A stretch of DNA of 63,064 bases, filler included, from Asterionella formosa (lineage: Eukaryota), in assembly GCA_002256025.1 (NCBI GenBank). It is 25 parts of 25 records of this genome, joined end to end, with 100 filler letters (N's around TTAATTAATTAA, not from the genome) between each part and the next. Parts side by side here need not be neighbours in the genome. Positions count along the whole stretch, not along the records: positions 22,614 to 23,713 come from NKIB01004334.1; positions 23,814 to 24,913 come from NKIB01004335.1; positions 25,014 to 26,112 come from NKIB01004336.1; positions 26,213 to 27,311 come from NKIB01004337.1; positions 27,412 to 28,510 come from NKIB01004338.1; positions 28,611 to 29,709 come from NKIB01004339.1; positions 29,810 to 30,908 come from NKIB01004340.1; positions 31,009 to 32,106 come from NKIB01004341.1; 17 more parts are not named here. One strand, written 5' to 3'. Below, piece after piece: positions 23,219 through 36,479 of this stretch (its first letter is position 1; every line of letters begins with the position of its first letter). The notes under the pieces were generated by a model. It was not told the origin of the DNA. It did no database searches and saw nothing but the letters and a program-made list of their open reading frames with translations. The position numbers and the translations under genes are program-made.

Positions 23219-25916
23219 CATCATCTGGAGTCACTGGTGCGGTAGGCAGACTACCCTGGTACCTGGTACCATACTAATATACTCAGGAAGAATATATACC
23301 AGCAAGTTGTGATAGTTTTGTTATATCTAGGTCTGCATCTGAATTCATACCAGCAATACTGATTCGAATTCCAAATTAATACATATGTCTACTTTATATC
23401 CATTTAATAAACCAACCCGACCGGTTTGTTCTTCCTATTTATATATTTAGCTTTAATCTGATTTAGCCTAGCTAAATATTGAGACCAATCTGTTTTGCTT
23501 ATTCTGCCATTTGCTTCTCGTTTGTTTTATTTAAAGAAGGACCATTTTGCTGAAAGTAGATTTGACTAATGTAGATTTGCTTAAAGTAGCAATTTTGCTT
23601 ATCGTGATGGCATATAAAAAAGCATTTGTGCAAAGGCCACCTCCCCTCCATTTCGAATTTGTAGAGTCCTTGTTATTTTTGTTTTGTTCGTTCTCGTTAT
23701 TATTGTTATTGTTNNNNNNNNNNNNNNNNNNNNNNNNNNNNNNNNNNNNNNNNNNNNTTAATTAATTAANNNNNNNNNNNNNNNNNNNNNNNNNNNNNNN
23801 NNNNNNNNNNNNNAACATTTGGTAAACGTTTTTCTCTGTGTCCGGCAACGATTGGGTTTGTCGTGATTTGAAATGCAGTTGTTTATATCGTGATCCGTTT
23901 ATCCTTTACTAGTTTATCAGACCTTTCCGCTCCCTCTCCTCCTTGGACCCATTGTACTTTGACGCAGATTCCATCTGGTCAAAGCAGCTGTTGTTACAAA
24001 CCAAAAGTCACTGTGTTGAAGCGGTGCGCCTCAGTAGTTTGTGTGGTGTGTCTCCGCATTTACTGTTGTATTTCTCTCTAACCACAGCTCTCGGCACAGA
24101 GGTCCCGTTTGCTTGTGCCCCCACCCACCCACACACCTTACTCGGTACTGAGTCTAAAACGACGCTCACTAAGCCCACAAGACCTTACAAAGGGGCCCTT
24201 TCTTCTCTTTTACACTTGATTCTGCGCCACCATGTCCCTAGCCATTCCGGACGCCCAGGACCCTTGGCTTGTCAACCCTCTTGACATTGGCAGCGCACCA
24301 GCCATGGTTGATCTCGCACATGCCGACTTCATGCTCACTACAATCAACCTCACCAATACCAGCCTTTTTCCTGTATTGCCACACCCCAGCATGTCTTGTT
24401 CCCATCTATCAAGTATCGTCAACCCTAGGCTTGCCGATTCTCTTAAATAGGGGGGGGATACTGCTGGATCTTGCCTAGTACTCAAATGCTCACAGCAACA
24501 ACAAAAGTTTCATAACATGGGGTTTTTCTCTATTATTTTACTCTCCCAACAACCAAGGACTTCCTTTGCCAGGATGTACAAGAACCCTACACTATGATGA
24601 GAGGGAGACTGTGTTCTTGGATATCTTTCTTCTTTTCACCAGCCACTTGTCACTGGAACACCGCAGATAGGGGAGATATGTCCCATGGCATCAGAATAGC
24701 AGAAAGGGGAGCTTGTTGCATCACAGAAATCAGGCAAATGAATTGATGAGATACTTCTCCATATTTGTTCAAATTTCAGATTGATTCCACAGCAAATCTG
24801 GGAAATCTTGTGACAACCACCATACATTGATTAACAGCTTGAATGAAGGGGAGTAGCAGAGAAATATTACAACGTGCCCCAGGTAAGCAAAGTCATTCAA
24901 TAGTGAACAGGCANNNNNNNNNNNNNNNNNNNNNNNNNNNNNNNNNNNNNNNNNNNNTTAATTAATTAANNNNNNNNNNNNNNNNNNNNNNNNNNNNNNN
25001 NNNNNNNNNNNNNTTGTGATGGATGTTGAGTAGTCTTCCGACCGACTACCATTACCTATGGAATCATGTCGACACTAACATTTGTGACAAATATGCACCC
25101 CAGTTAAAGGTTGGGGATGTACGGGATAGCAGAGTATTTACACTAAGAGACTTCACTTCCCGTACGATCATAGCTACCGGGTATGCAATAAATACCGGTT
25201 GGTACAGTAGGCTTCATTGTATATCACATGTAACTAGCAACACAGCCAAAAGGGTTAAAAATTGAGTTATCAGCACAAAAGCGGTCGTCAAATATGATAC
25301 CGGGTACCGGTAGGTACATACCGGTGGTCATACTATGGGACCACCGGTGCTGGTACCAGGTACCGGTACTCCTAAAACGGCATGAGCGACGTCATATAAA
25401 AAGATAGTACCGGTATACGATTTCGATTGACGCACACTGTCGTCACCATCAATGCAGCAACAAACAAACACTCTCCAGTTGGAATCTTTTCAAGCATGGT
25501 GATTGACCAGCTCTCAACGTACCTACGTACAGACGAACACCTGTGTTGTCATTCGAACACCCTGTCCTTCGCCTCAACTGTCCGGTAGACTTCACATACC
25601 CGGTAGGTACTACTACGCACAGTGTGGTATATGATTCATGACTCACCTCCGGGTTTTCGAGAAATCTTTAAAGTACATAAGTTGAACTCTTGTGATGCCA
25701 GTAGAAAACTTACCAGGTGCACGCCATCACCAGACGCCTGTTTCTGATTGGTTTCTTCCCTCCCAAACGACCTCAATTTGCTCCCAACATTCATGCATCA
25801 TTTTCGTTGTCTGTATTGGTACCATCATCCCGCTGCCCTGGTCAGGTCACTCCATTGGTCCCCTTCCGCGTCGATTCAGCAGCGTTGATTAGCCACCACC
25901 CATCAAACTGGTGAAA

Positions 25917-26112
25917 ATGGTTCGATTCGTCTTTGTGGCTGCCGTCTTGGCATCATCCCTGGCCCTTTCTGGTGCCTTCACTCCGTTGATGAATAGAGCC
26001 GCTCGCGTTACTCCAGCGGCAGCTGGATCCGCCTTGTTCAAGGCGGCTTCATCTACCCCTAGCACATTAACGGCGCTAAGAGCATCTAGTTCATTTACAC
26101 AAGCAGAACTCC
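25917..26112 (+). CDS. N-terminus of a nuclear-encoded plastid-targeted protein (bipartite presequence); 3' partial
   Basis: MVRFVFVAAVLASSLALSGA-FTP: signal peptide with an ASAFAP-like cleavage motif, followed by an Ala/Ser/Thr/Arg-rich transit peptide. Confidence 0.7.
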
Positions 26113-26212
26113 NNNNNNNNNNNNNNNNNNNNNNNNNNNNNNNNNNNNNNNNNNNNTTAATTAATTAANNNNNNNNNNNNNNNNNNNNNNNNNNNNNNNN
26201 NNNNNNNNNNNN

Positions 26213-27257
26213 TACGCTTTTTCGAAAGTCGAGCTTTGAGGTCATCTACGTCAACACCGCTACCGGTAGGGTTTTGAGTACTGGATGACTTTGCAACTCG
26301 TTCTGGAACTGTTTCTAATTCTTGATCCCTCGCTGATCGCTTTGCTTCAGATTTACCCTTGCTTTCTATCCTCTTCTGCACCACCTTTTTGGCCTGTCGT
26401 TCTTTCTCCGAGACGAAGTATTCTCCAGTTTCAAGTTGAATATCCACCTTGCGAGGTGTTTGAGCAGGAGGAAAAGGCGTGTATTGTTTTTTAGTTGGGT
26501 CTGGTTTGGAAAGAGGCTTCTTGCGTGGAACATTCTTTTTCTGAAAGGTAGGAAGGAAGCGAGCCCAATCTTCTTTCGCTAGCTTCGGATCCTTGGCAAG
26601 TTCCTTCTGGATCATAAGCCTTTTGATATTGTAAACTGGATGTATGTTGTTCATGCAGTCAATCACCACTTGCCTAGCCTGCTTTATGCCTTTATATGAA
26701 TTTCCCATGATGCTGACAGTATTTCCCTGAACAAGGATGAAACAGCCAGTTAATAACTCCAGCGCCTTGAGCGTCGCTCCATCAGGTCCCACCAGCCGCT
26801 GCCGACGCTTGACGAAACGCTCCTTGTTACGAACCAGACCGCCAGTCTTGACAATATCACAAAAGTATTCGTCATCCAAAATCCTGAGCGCTTGTGTGAC
26901 GGGCATGGAGCGAGCGAGAAGCTTGAGCAAGTCTCGCGCCTTGATAATAATGTAGGGATCGCTGGTCTTTTTGGTGGTCCGTACAGTCATGCTACCTTCG
27001 ACTAAGTTGAGTTCGCAGGCGATCTTGACCTTGTCAAGCGCCTTGGTGATGACAGGCCACGTTTGTCGGAGGTATGCCTCCCTGTACTTGGGAAAGAGTG
27101 TCGCGAAACTGGACTCTTCGAGCAAATGTCCGCCTGGCAAGGCGTCCTTTTGTTCGTCCCACTTGTCTGTCGCCCAGTGATCAATGTCCTCGTTGTCCCA
27201 CGGCTTTTCCCGTCGATACTTGTTGTGGTTCTTCTTCGGCTCTGGTTCTTGCGTCAT
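26213..27257 (-). CDS. KRR1: Small-subunit processome KH-domain protein Krr1; 3' end cut by contig edge
   Basis: [55 protein letters not shown]. Confidence 0.96.
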
Positions 27258-27458
27258 GGTGGATAACTGGTAAGCAGTGCGATATGGTACCGGTAGTTAT
27301 TTTAGGTTCCTNNNNNNNNNNNNNNNNNNNNNNNNNNNNNNNNNNNNNNNNNNNNTTAATTAATTAANNNNNNNNNNNNNNNNNNNNNNNNNNNNNNNNN
27401 NNNNNNNNNNNAGATTCTATTTTTTGTATTTTGCAGGAATCCTGGCTCACTGAGAGCT

Positions 27459-28415
27459 TTAAGGAGCACTGACGGCTTTGAGATAGGCATCGCGCAATAG
27501 CGACTTGTAGACGATGAGCCTTTCCCTTTCTTCCCAATCCTTAAGGGTGGAAGCGACAAGGTCACGATTTGTTGGAGTGATCGAATAGTGGGGGGTAGAC
27601 ATAGCCTGAGGAAAGGCGAACATAATGGTAATTGGTGTAGCAGGCGACGAGACAGACAAATCGTCTGCGGAGACTTGTGACGTGGTGCATGACGATGAAG
27701 GGGCCGAGCAGATAGCCGATCGGACGGAAAGCGATGCCAGAGATGCCAGAGACTGAGCAGTCAATGTAGTCGGTCTTTGATTCACAATGCATGATTTCTG
27801 CACCATGATCTTTTTGTTTTGGCACAGGGTCGAAGTCTGAGCAATAGGAGGCATAGGGATGTCATATTTTGCCTCGTTGGGGGATTTCGTACTATTGCGC
27901 TTTCGGGACTTTTGGCAGACCATATCGAGGCACAGACGAACGTCGTCTCGTCGAAAAAGGGGATGATGAAAGGCTCCAGTGTCAGGACCACGGGTAGTTT
28001 GGCGGAATCCCCAACGATTGAGCTTTCGCGTGAAGGAAGCGTACTTCGTGCTGGAACGAATGTCGTTCGAGGGAAAGTATTTAGGCAACACCTGCTCAGA
28101 GAAGGAAACAGGCCGAATAATCACAAACGATTTGCCATGAGGTAACCAGGAAACAATTTCAGAGAGAGAGATATCAGCGAGAACACTGAGAAGACGCTGA
28201 GGAAATGTATCTTTGGGGTTGCGGGCCATTACTTTGGTCTTTCTCATTTCGTCATCGTCGTCACTCACGACGACATTGACACCAGGCGCCTTTTGGGGAG
28301 GGCGAGAACGCTGCTCGATTTCTGAGTTTCGGCAGGTATCGACGCGCATAGCAGCCTCCACCAGTGAGGACAGACCACCGATGCTGGAAGGCCATTGATA
28401 CGGAGGAGAGGTCAT
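27459..28415 (-). CDS. Heat shock factor-type transcription factor
   Basis: HSF DNA-binding domain: FPQRL, SWLPHGKSF, FSEQVLPKYF, KYASFTRKLNRWGF, FHHPLFRRD. ATG at 28415. Confidence 0.92.
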   Translation of the reverse strand: MTSPPYQWPSSIGGLSSLVEAAMRVDTCRNSEIEQRSRPPQKAPGVNVVVSDDDDEMRKTKVMARNPKDTFPQRLLSVLADISLSEIVSWLPHGKSFVIIRPVSFSEQVLPKYFPSNDIRSSTKYASFTRKLNRWGFRQTTRGPDTGAFHHPLFRRDDVRLCLDMVCQKSRKRNSTKSPNEAKYDIPMPPIAQTSTLCQNKKIMVQKSCIVNQRPTTLTAQSLASLASLSVRSAICSAPSSSCTTSQVSADDLSVSSPATPITIMFAFPQAMSTPHYSITPTNRDLVASTLKDWEERERLIVYKSLLRDAYLKAVSAP

Positions 28416-28610
28416 GTTCGTGGAGAGGGTTTGTTTATGATAACACTCGGGATAAGTTCGCAAACTGCAAAACCGTAATCCATATGATGGTCACTTCACA
28501 ACTCGAAAAGNNNNNNNNNNNNNNNNNNNNNNNNNNNNNNNNNNNNNNNNNNNNTTAATTAATTAANNNNNNNNNNNNNNNNNNNNNNNNNNNNNNNNNN
28601 NNNNNNNNNN

Positions 28611-29709
28611 GGTTGAATGTCCTGTCTTCCTCGCTTACATAGGAACATTCCTTTCATAACAAAAGTATGAAATATTTTTGCTTTTTCATATTCAAGCTTC
28701 TTTGATTTTGTATCAACTGTGAACAATTTATCTGTCCAAGGAAATTTTCCAACACCTTCAAGTTTCACTGGAAAATCATCAATCATTGATTTGACATATT
28801 TGGTCATGTCCACCCTTAACACTCCTGGAATAGAGTAATCTAGCGTCATAGCCAAATAATCATGCTGCTTTCCACGCATGACCTTGACTTCACCAATTTC
28901 GTCAGAAGCGTATTTCTTTTTGAGCCATTCCAAAAATTGATCATTCACTTTGCTGTCCACGTGACTTGATTTCAAATCGTCTACGTGCCAAGTAACTGTG
29001 TGCTGTTTGCCATTAACAATGCGATTTGCAACACATGGATCATATGGGTTTACCTTGAATCCAATTGACTCAATATCCTTCCGAAATTTCTTGTAATATA
29101 ATAATGATGACTGTAACATGCCATATAATGCCTTGATCATCCTAACATATAGGACCTTGTTGTTCCCTTCATAAACAACATATCTTTCATAAGTCTTGGG
29201 GCTGAGTTCTGTCAACATATTGACAAGTAAACCTCTAATCTTCATAATGATTCGCTCCCCTTTTTCTTTCTCATCGATATCCACTTGCACAAATGCATTG
29301 GGTATATCTGCAGTCATAACATCGCGATTTTGCTTCGCATCAATTGTTGCTGTTATCATAACAGATTCAGTCATGGTAGTTGGACTAGCTGCTTCATCTC
29401 TTTCCATGTATTCACGTTGCGAACTGCCATTGGCACATGCTCTGCCTTTAATGCTCTTGTCTCTCTTTTCAACCAAAAAAATTAGACTTTCCATTGCACG
29501 TCGCTTTTCGATATCAGTTAGGTCTTCAATCCTAATCGGTTCAAACACAACTCTATCATGTAGTTGTTTCATTTCCTTATAAGCAGCGTCTCTTCCTTTC
29601 TGGCCAAATTTCTTGAGGCCTTTCCTTAAGCTGTATGACTGAACAAAGTGAAATGCTTCTTTATCGATACACATCTCATTCATATAACACATTGTCTTTG
29701 CGATCACTT
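28611..29709 (-). mobile_element. Ty1/copia (CoDi-like) reverse transcriptase fragment
   Basis: KGRACANG, ADIPNAFVQ, KALYGMLQS, NPYDPCV and catalytic HVDDL. ORF open across the contig. Confidence 0.95.
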
Positions 29710-30287
29710 NNNNNNNNNNNNNNNNNNNNNNNNNNNNNNNNNNNNNNNNNNNNTTAATTAATTAANNNNNNNNNNNNNNNNNNNNNNNNNNNNNNNNNNN
29801 NNNNNNNNNCGCGAAATACGCCACTTTTCGAAATTTCGTCTACGTATGAGTGTTAATTATGTGGTACTTCACATGCATTAATGCCACTCTTCACGTAAAA
29901 AAGATTACTTTTAACGGTTTCATGTGAAGTTTTAACTGTTTCATGTGAAGTTTTCACAATGAATTTTGAACGCGAGACTGAATTAGTTGATGTTTCAAAT
30001 AATTCATTTGAAAGTTCAATTGATTTCGTTCAAACAGTTTGTTTTGATGCCGATGACTATGATAATGGTTTATTCCTTGATAGTTTAGTAGATCATGATG
30101 CTGCTGCTATTAATGGTCCAATCATTCAGAACGGAGAAATAAACGACATTATAAACCCTACCAACTTCCGATTTTGCGCACAAAGTATATCCGTTTCGTC
30201 CACTTCAGCATGACAATCTCGCCAATCAACCCGTAAACAAACACATTCTACTTGTTCTCGTTGACATTTTCAATTCTCACATGATAC

Positions 30288-30639
30288 TGTTGAAAAAATT
30301 CGAGCTGACTGCCACAGGACAGGAGTGAAGGGTATAGTGGACACGAGAGAGTACAGTACTACAGTTAAAACCGTACAGCCGCTACCAAGAGTTACCTGGG
30401 CTGACGTGGTAAAAGGCACAACGCAAGGAAAAGCAATCAGAGGTCAAGAAAAAATGTTAAAATGCAGTGTGAGTAATAAGAGTGTTTCGAGACCATTATC
30501 TCGAAACAATCCAGTTAGTAAAGTGAAAGTTTAAGTTTGACAACTTCCTCGTTGCTATCAATTTCATCAACTGTATTCGATTAACACAGTACTAGTTTCA
30601 AGGCCTACGATACGGTCGAATACGGTAGTTGTTACAACA
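30288..30639 (+). mobile_element. Solo LTR (352 bp) with 5-bp target-site duplication GATAC
   Basis: TGTTG...CAACA ends, GATAC at 30283-30287 and 30640-30644, near-identical to 62580-62937. Confidence 0.93.
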
Positions 30640-31008
30640 GATACTACATCTACTATTGAGATTCAGCATAGAAGGAGATACGAAAATGTGCGTAACAGAC
30701 TACTGTCCACATAGCTATAGTTATAGAATGATTCTGATTAGAACGCATTTCATTTTCATATCGCTCGCTCGTTTCTGCATTTGGCATACTGTACTTGAAT
30801 TAACTATTGAACTTGTCCGCATCTTTGATACCATCAAGAGAGCGAAAGCAAGTGGCTCTTTTCACTGTTGTTTGCTCGTAGGAAGAATTTGATATCTGTA
30901 TCGTCATTNNNNNNNNNNNNNNNNNNNNNNNNNNNNNNNNNNNNNNNNNNNNTTAATTAATTAANNNNNNNNNNNNNNNNNNNNNNNNNNNNNNNNNNNN
31001 NNNNNNNN

Positions 31009-31887
31009 GGAAACAAGGAATGGGACACAGAGTTGTTTTTTGCACGTCAAGCTGTGGAGCTCATCAATGGTTTGGATCCGAGACCAGCCTTTTGTTGTGT
31101 TTGCGGCGACATTGTCGATATGGAATATACTTTCTTCGAAGGAAAAGGATTTACTAGGAAGGAATGTGACGAAATACAATCCAAACAGAACGAAGACTTC
31201 AAAGAAGTTTGGTCAGGTCTACATCCAGACATAGCCCTCGTTTGCCTCTGTGGCAATCACGATGTTGGTAATCGGCCAACCAAAGCCAGTATAGAAAAAT
31301 TTCAGAATGCTTTTGGTGACGACTATGTTGCCTTCTGGGTTAATGGAACATACAACATTGTTTTAAACAGCTGCCTATTCAGCAACCCAGAGGGGGCGAT
31401 GGAACTTTATGAAGATCAACTTTTGTGGCTAGAGGCTAGGCTCATGCATGCAGAGGATATGCAAGCAGCAAGTGTCTTCGTTTTTACCCACCACCCATGG
31501 TTCTTGTATTCAGAGGATGAGACTGACAACCTCACGGGTGTCACCCCCTTCCCGGTTGAGTGGGGTCCCTCTGATCAGGTGTTTCCTGATTACTACTTCC
31601 ATATACCGATCCTCTACCGCAAGCCTGTTATGGAAATCTTCAGAAAATATCGGGTCAGCGCAGCTTTTTCTGGCCATTTTCACCAAAACTTAGTTTCCAG
31701 ATCATCTTGGGGGATGGATATGATAATAACCGGGCCGCTTTCTATGGTTTTTGAGAGCACAGGGAAACCGACTAGTTTAAGCGAGCCTAACGTAAGAGGA
31801 GTGAGGGTAGTTCGATGCAGTGTTCCGCCATCCGGTCGAGCTTCGTTCACTCACAAATTCAAGCCTCTTGCTCAATCAAGCATATAA
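31009..31887 (+). CDS. Calcineurin-like metallophosphoesterase, CPPED1-like; 5' partial
   Basis: Metallophosphoesterase motifs CGDIVD, CGNHDVG, THHPW and SGHFH. Confidence 0.85.
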   Translation, partial: GNKEWDTELFFARQAVELINGLDPRPAFCCVCGDIVDMEYTFFEGKGFTRKECDEIQSKQNEDFKEVWSGLHPDIALVCLCGNHDVGNRPTKASIEKFQNAFGDDYVAFWVNGTYNIVLNSCLFSNPEGAMELYEDQLLWLEARLMHAEDMQAASVFVFTHHPWFLYSEDETDNLTGVTPFPVEWGPSDQVFPDYYFHIPILYRKPVMEIFRKYRVSAAFSGHFHQNLVSRSSWGMDMIITGPLSMVFESTGKPTSLSEPNVRGVRVVRCSVPPSGRASFTHKFKPLAQSSI

Positions 31888-32636
31888 CCACGCAAACAGA
31901 ATAATGGAAGACAAATATGCGTATGTATAAGTTAATAATTATAGTGCAAGATGGTGATGGACACTTCATTTCGTCGCAACCTACATGCTTCGACTCAGTT
32001 GCATCAGCGCTTCCTCTTTCACGCGTTCACTTCGTTGTTGAACCTTCAGAGCCTCGGATACATCGACGCTTCCAACACCACCAACCATACGATTGTAGCG
32101 CATGCGNNNNNNNNNNNNNNNNNNNNNNNNNNNNNNNNNNNNNNNNNNNNTTAATTAATTAANNNNNNNNNNNNNNNNNNNNNNNNNNNNNNNNNNNNNN
32201 NNNNNNTGACAGGGAAGAAGCAGATAAGGTGGTCGATGCTCTTAATGAACAGAGATCGAAACTGAATAAGCTACTGTAGTCGTTGCGATTGTAGTTATTA
32301 CTATGGAACAAGACATTCTCATCGGCTTCCCTTCCAACGAATTTATTGTTGTACATTATTTATGCTTCGCTAATACGGATGTACCCATTTGCGCGATATG
32401 GCTTATTGTTCTTTGTCTTGTTAGGGTGCCTTTTTCTAACATTCGCTATTCGCTCTTGGTGAGCTTCATCCGTTTACAATTTTTAACGTTAAAAAAAGTT
32501 AACACGAAGCAAGTGGCAGGGTACAAAGAATTACCCACAGTATTATTTCCAAAGACGGACTACCGGTACTACTATTTAATGCTTCATTTAAGCTAGTATT
32601 CCTTTGTACAATACTCACATGGTTCCGAAAATACAT

Positions 32637-33304
32637 CTATGCAGCAATCTGTTCCTTGGCGGCAGCCTCGCGTTCCAAAAGAACACGTTTATAGTCGTGC
32701 GGGAAGACCTTGACGAAGCTGCCCACTCTCTGGTCAAAGTTGTCAAGCATGGCCTGTCCCAGGTCACTATTGGTGTTCTCCACGTGTTCCTTAATGTAGT
32801 TGTAAAGCTCTTCCTTTTCGTCGGGATTTTCCACAGGATAGAGGCCCACAAGACCCATGTTGCAACGGGCGGGGAACTTTCCATCAGGATCGTAAATGTA
32901 CGCGATGCCTCCGCTCATTCCAGCACCAAAGTTACGTCCGGTCTCGCCAAGACACACGACAATACCTCCCGTCATGTACTCACAGCCGTGATCACCAAGT
33001 CCCTCGACGACCGCCAGAGCACCCGAGTTACGCACGCAGAAACGTTCACCAGCCTTTCCGTTGAAAAAGGCCTTGCCTGCAGTAGCACCGTACAAACAAA
33101 CGTTACCAACCACGACGTGCTCTTCAGGCTTAAATCCACTCTTGATGACACCTGGCTGTGGGAACACTGCAATCTTTCCTCCAGAAAGACCTTTTCCGGT
33201 GTAATCATTGGCATCTCCCTCCACAGTCATCGTAATTCCCTTGGCGAGAGTGAAAGCCATGGACTGACCTCCATGTCCCTTCAAATTTATTTTGATGGTA
33301 TCAT
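32637..33304 (-). CDS. gltB: Glutamate synthase large subunit, C-terminal GXGXG domain; 5' partial
   Basis: EGDANDYTGKGLSGG, GNVCLYGAT.G, AGERFCVRNSGA, GDHGCEYMTGG, GRNFGAGMSGG, FVKVFP.DY. Confidence 0.93.
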
Positions 33305-36300
33305 NNNNNNNNNNNNNNNNNNNNNNNNNNNNNNNNNNNNNNNNNNNNTTAATTAATTAANNNNNNNNNNNNNNNNNNNNNNNNNNNNNNNNNNNNNNNN
33401 NNNNATTACATGTATTATTAACTTCACTTTTATGGCGCCTTGAAACTATTCTATTTATGATAGGGCAACCGGTATGGTGCTTCCTGGCGTGAACAGCCTG
33501 GGTTTTTGAAGAAACGAACCCTACTGATAGCATCATAACATATGTATTGACTTCTGGCGCTGTTAAGCGGGGATGTAGTAATTCTATGTACTACCCAATA
33601 TACTAGAGTAAGAATATTTTGTAAAGCTTGTCGATCACTGAACTATTGGAAAATTCTTGGATATTGAATCATTGAATGAATCCTCGATCCATCAACAAGA
33701 AGGTACTGCCTTGCTTTGAATCTAACTCTACCCACCATCACCTCCTAATAACCATCTTTCCATCCCCTTGCTGCCTGAGCGTGCAGACAATTCTGCTTTT
33801 TCCTGCTGGGTTTCATTTGATGTCATTCAAGACGATGATTCTTGTATTTCCTCCTGGGTTGCATCATACTATGTCTTTAACAAAAACCATATTCCATCAT
33901 GTCTCACGCAAATACTCCCCATGGCATCTTGAATGCCGCCTACAACAAGAGAGGGTGTATTCATTGTATTGGAAGAAATTAATGACGAAATGGCACCACA
34001 ACCAACCTACTCTTGGAAAGTTCGTCATGCATCCATAATAGCACTATCATCAAAATGAATATTTCTATAACCAAATGATGCTCTTCCCTTTGAAGGAGTC
34101 TCCCACCAATTTTGGGCATATCCATAATGACATTCAAAGAAATGCAACAAATAAATGATGTCGAAATTGACAGTGACAATGTCAAAAGAAAAAACAAGCA
34201 ATGTTCCATGCATTTCATGATGTTATCATTCTTCGCTGTTTTGTAAGAAGATATATATTATCACAGATCTAGTACTAATTTACCTAAAAAATAATCTTGC
34301 CCAATTCTGAAATCGTGACATATGCAATGTTGTCAGATTCTTACGTACAACTGTCCCTTTGTCAAAAGTATGGAATCCGTGGTAATCTTTTTCAGCAATC
34401 ACTCTTGCAGTTACAGGGACCGGCTCAAAAATTCTCATCACAAATTCTATATTTTTCCCATGAATTCTTGATAGAATCAAAATCGGGATGAAAATAGAGG
34501 ATCAGCATATAAAATTTAAGTTTGAAGAGACACTTTTGAGCGAAGTATAAAGGCGAGTTTACGAAAGACTAATACAGTACCACAGAGCAGATCACAGAAT
34601 TTAATGGTATTCAAGCTACAAAGACCTCTGGGTCCCGATAGTCAATAATTCCTAAAAACGACCAATCCACCATGATGAAAGGCGCTATCCAAGCGGCCAA
34701 CCAAGGACAGAAAGAAAAAATCATTCATTTGAGACAGAACCATTCAATAGTAATGAAATCATCCAATAGAACGAGAGTGCAGAAAGAGAAGGAGGGGATG
34801 GAAAAGCAGAAAAAACCTAATGCAGGCGGAGCACTGAAAATTGGTGATTGCATGGACGTCGATTTGGCATTAGACATAAACACTACAATTGAGTAATTTA
34901 TAGCAATGATATCAACACAGAGTAGACAGAAGAAGGGCCATGCAAAAAAACAAGAGATATAAAAAGAAAATGAAGAAGTTTAATCCCTTTTTATGACAGT
35001 GAGTACTGCTACAATGCAAGAAGATGAATGCAAGAATGGCAAGAATATGCTAAACATTGACAAGAACGAAGTGGAAGGCAGAGAAATAAAAAGTCACTGA
35101 TGAAGAAATTGCGCCAGAGCTGGATGCACTGCTCAAAGCAATAATTTTATGATGAAAAAGACAATGAAGTCAAAGACAAAGACAATGAGTTGGAGGCCCT
35201 GACATCACCAATTGTTATGAATACTTCAAATAGAACCATCAGAATTGGTGCCCAAATAGATTTCTTTAATCCAATCCACATTAACAGTCCAATTCTCCCG
35301 CTGACATGGGAAGTGCAGTCATTGAGAACTGAACCAAGAACAAAGCTACCACAAATGTTTTTTGAAAAGTACGTCCACATGAGGAGTGCCAAAGTGACAA
35401 CCACCCAAACCTTTCCACTGCCCCACCCTACATGGGCCATTGATCGCAATGACGGGCTCTCTAGAAATAGAATAGGAAGAATGCGTTAGTATAAAAATGA
35501 TTAATATATGTTTTCGTTTGAAGGGTAAAATGTGTTGTAAGTGCCCCAGCATCTACCGGTAGTTCGAGTTTGTACATGTGAAATCCTCCATATGTATTAT
35601 AGTTTAATCACCCTGTAATGTTCGGTAAAACAAGTTTTTTACTTAGGAAAGGATTAAGCTCAATGTCTCGATAATTGGACCTTCCCTGGACTACCAATAT
35701 ATTACCTGGTTCCCAGGTACCTGGTCCCTGATACTACAACCGGCATGTAAGAATACTGTACTCCGCCTACTATGCATATATTTCTTTTCAATTTCTCCCA
35801 GGACCTGGGACATCCGGAAAACGTGCTTAAAACCGTTGAACGGTAATAATTGAGTTAAGTTTTATTAGCTACCTCCAGAACTTAATATATATATTGAAAG
35901 CACGTCGTGCAAGGGCTGGCACGCTTCTGTGGAGGCTTGGTTTGCGCTCTTTACCCTTGCTGGCTGCTTAAGTGAAAAATAAATAAGCGCTTGGTGCTTA
36001 AGTTGAAAGTAAATAAGCGTTTGGTGCTTATTACTTAGGTAATTTCTTTCCAAAGTTACCTAAACACAGGATTCCGCTTTGACTACTTTGAATGCAGCAA
36101 GCACAAACCCAATTACCGGTATTCTCATCTTCGAGTCAGTATATATTGTGTACGTGTTTAAAATGTACTCTAAGTATGGTGACTTGATGGTGGAAACAAT
36201 GATATGTTGATGACGATCACAAGATACAACTTTTCTAAACAGATAAATAGTGAATTGTAAATCAATTTTGGTTTTGGGCCTGATCTCTTGTAGACAAAAG

Positions 36301-36479
36301 CGGATCATTGTAGAACGGCGCATATGTACGAATAAGAAGCGTTTCAATGCGACGATGAGGCATCGAGATATCTTCTTTGTCATTGAGCCCACTTGTGGGT
36401 TTCCGATTTTACCGTTTCTACTATATCTAATTAAAACTCACTTTTAACGCGCTTTCTATGACTACGAAGTTACAAGTGG

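Noticed and set aside
33640..35490. Stop-interrupted reading frame on the plus strand
   Set aside because: Looks like decayed coding DNA but has no identifiable domain, so it is not reported as a feature.
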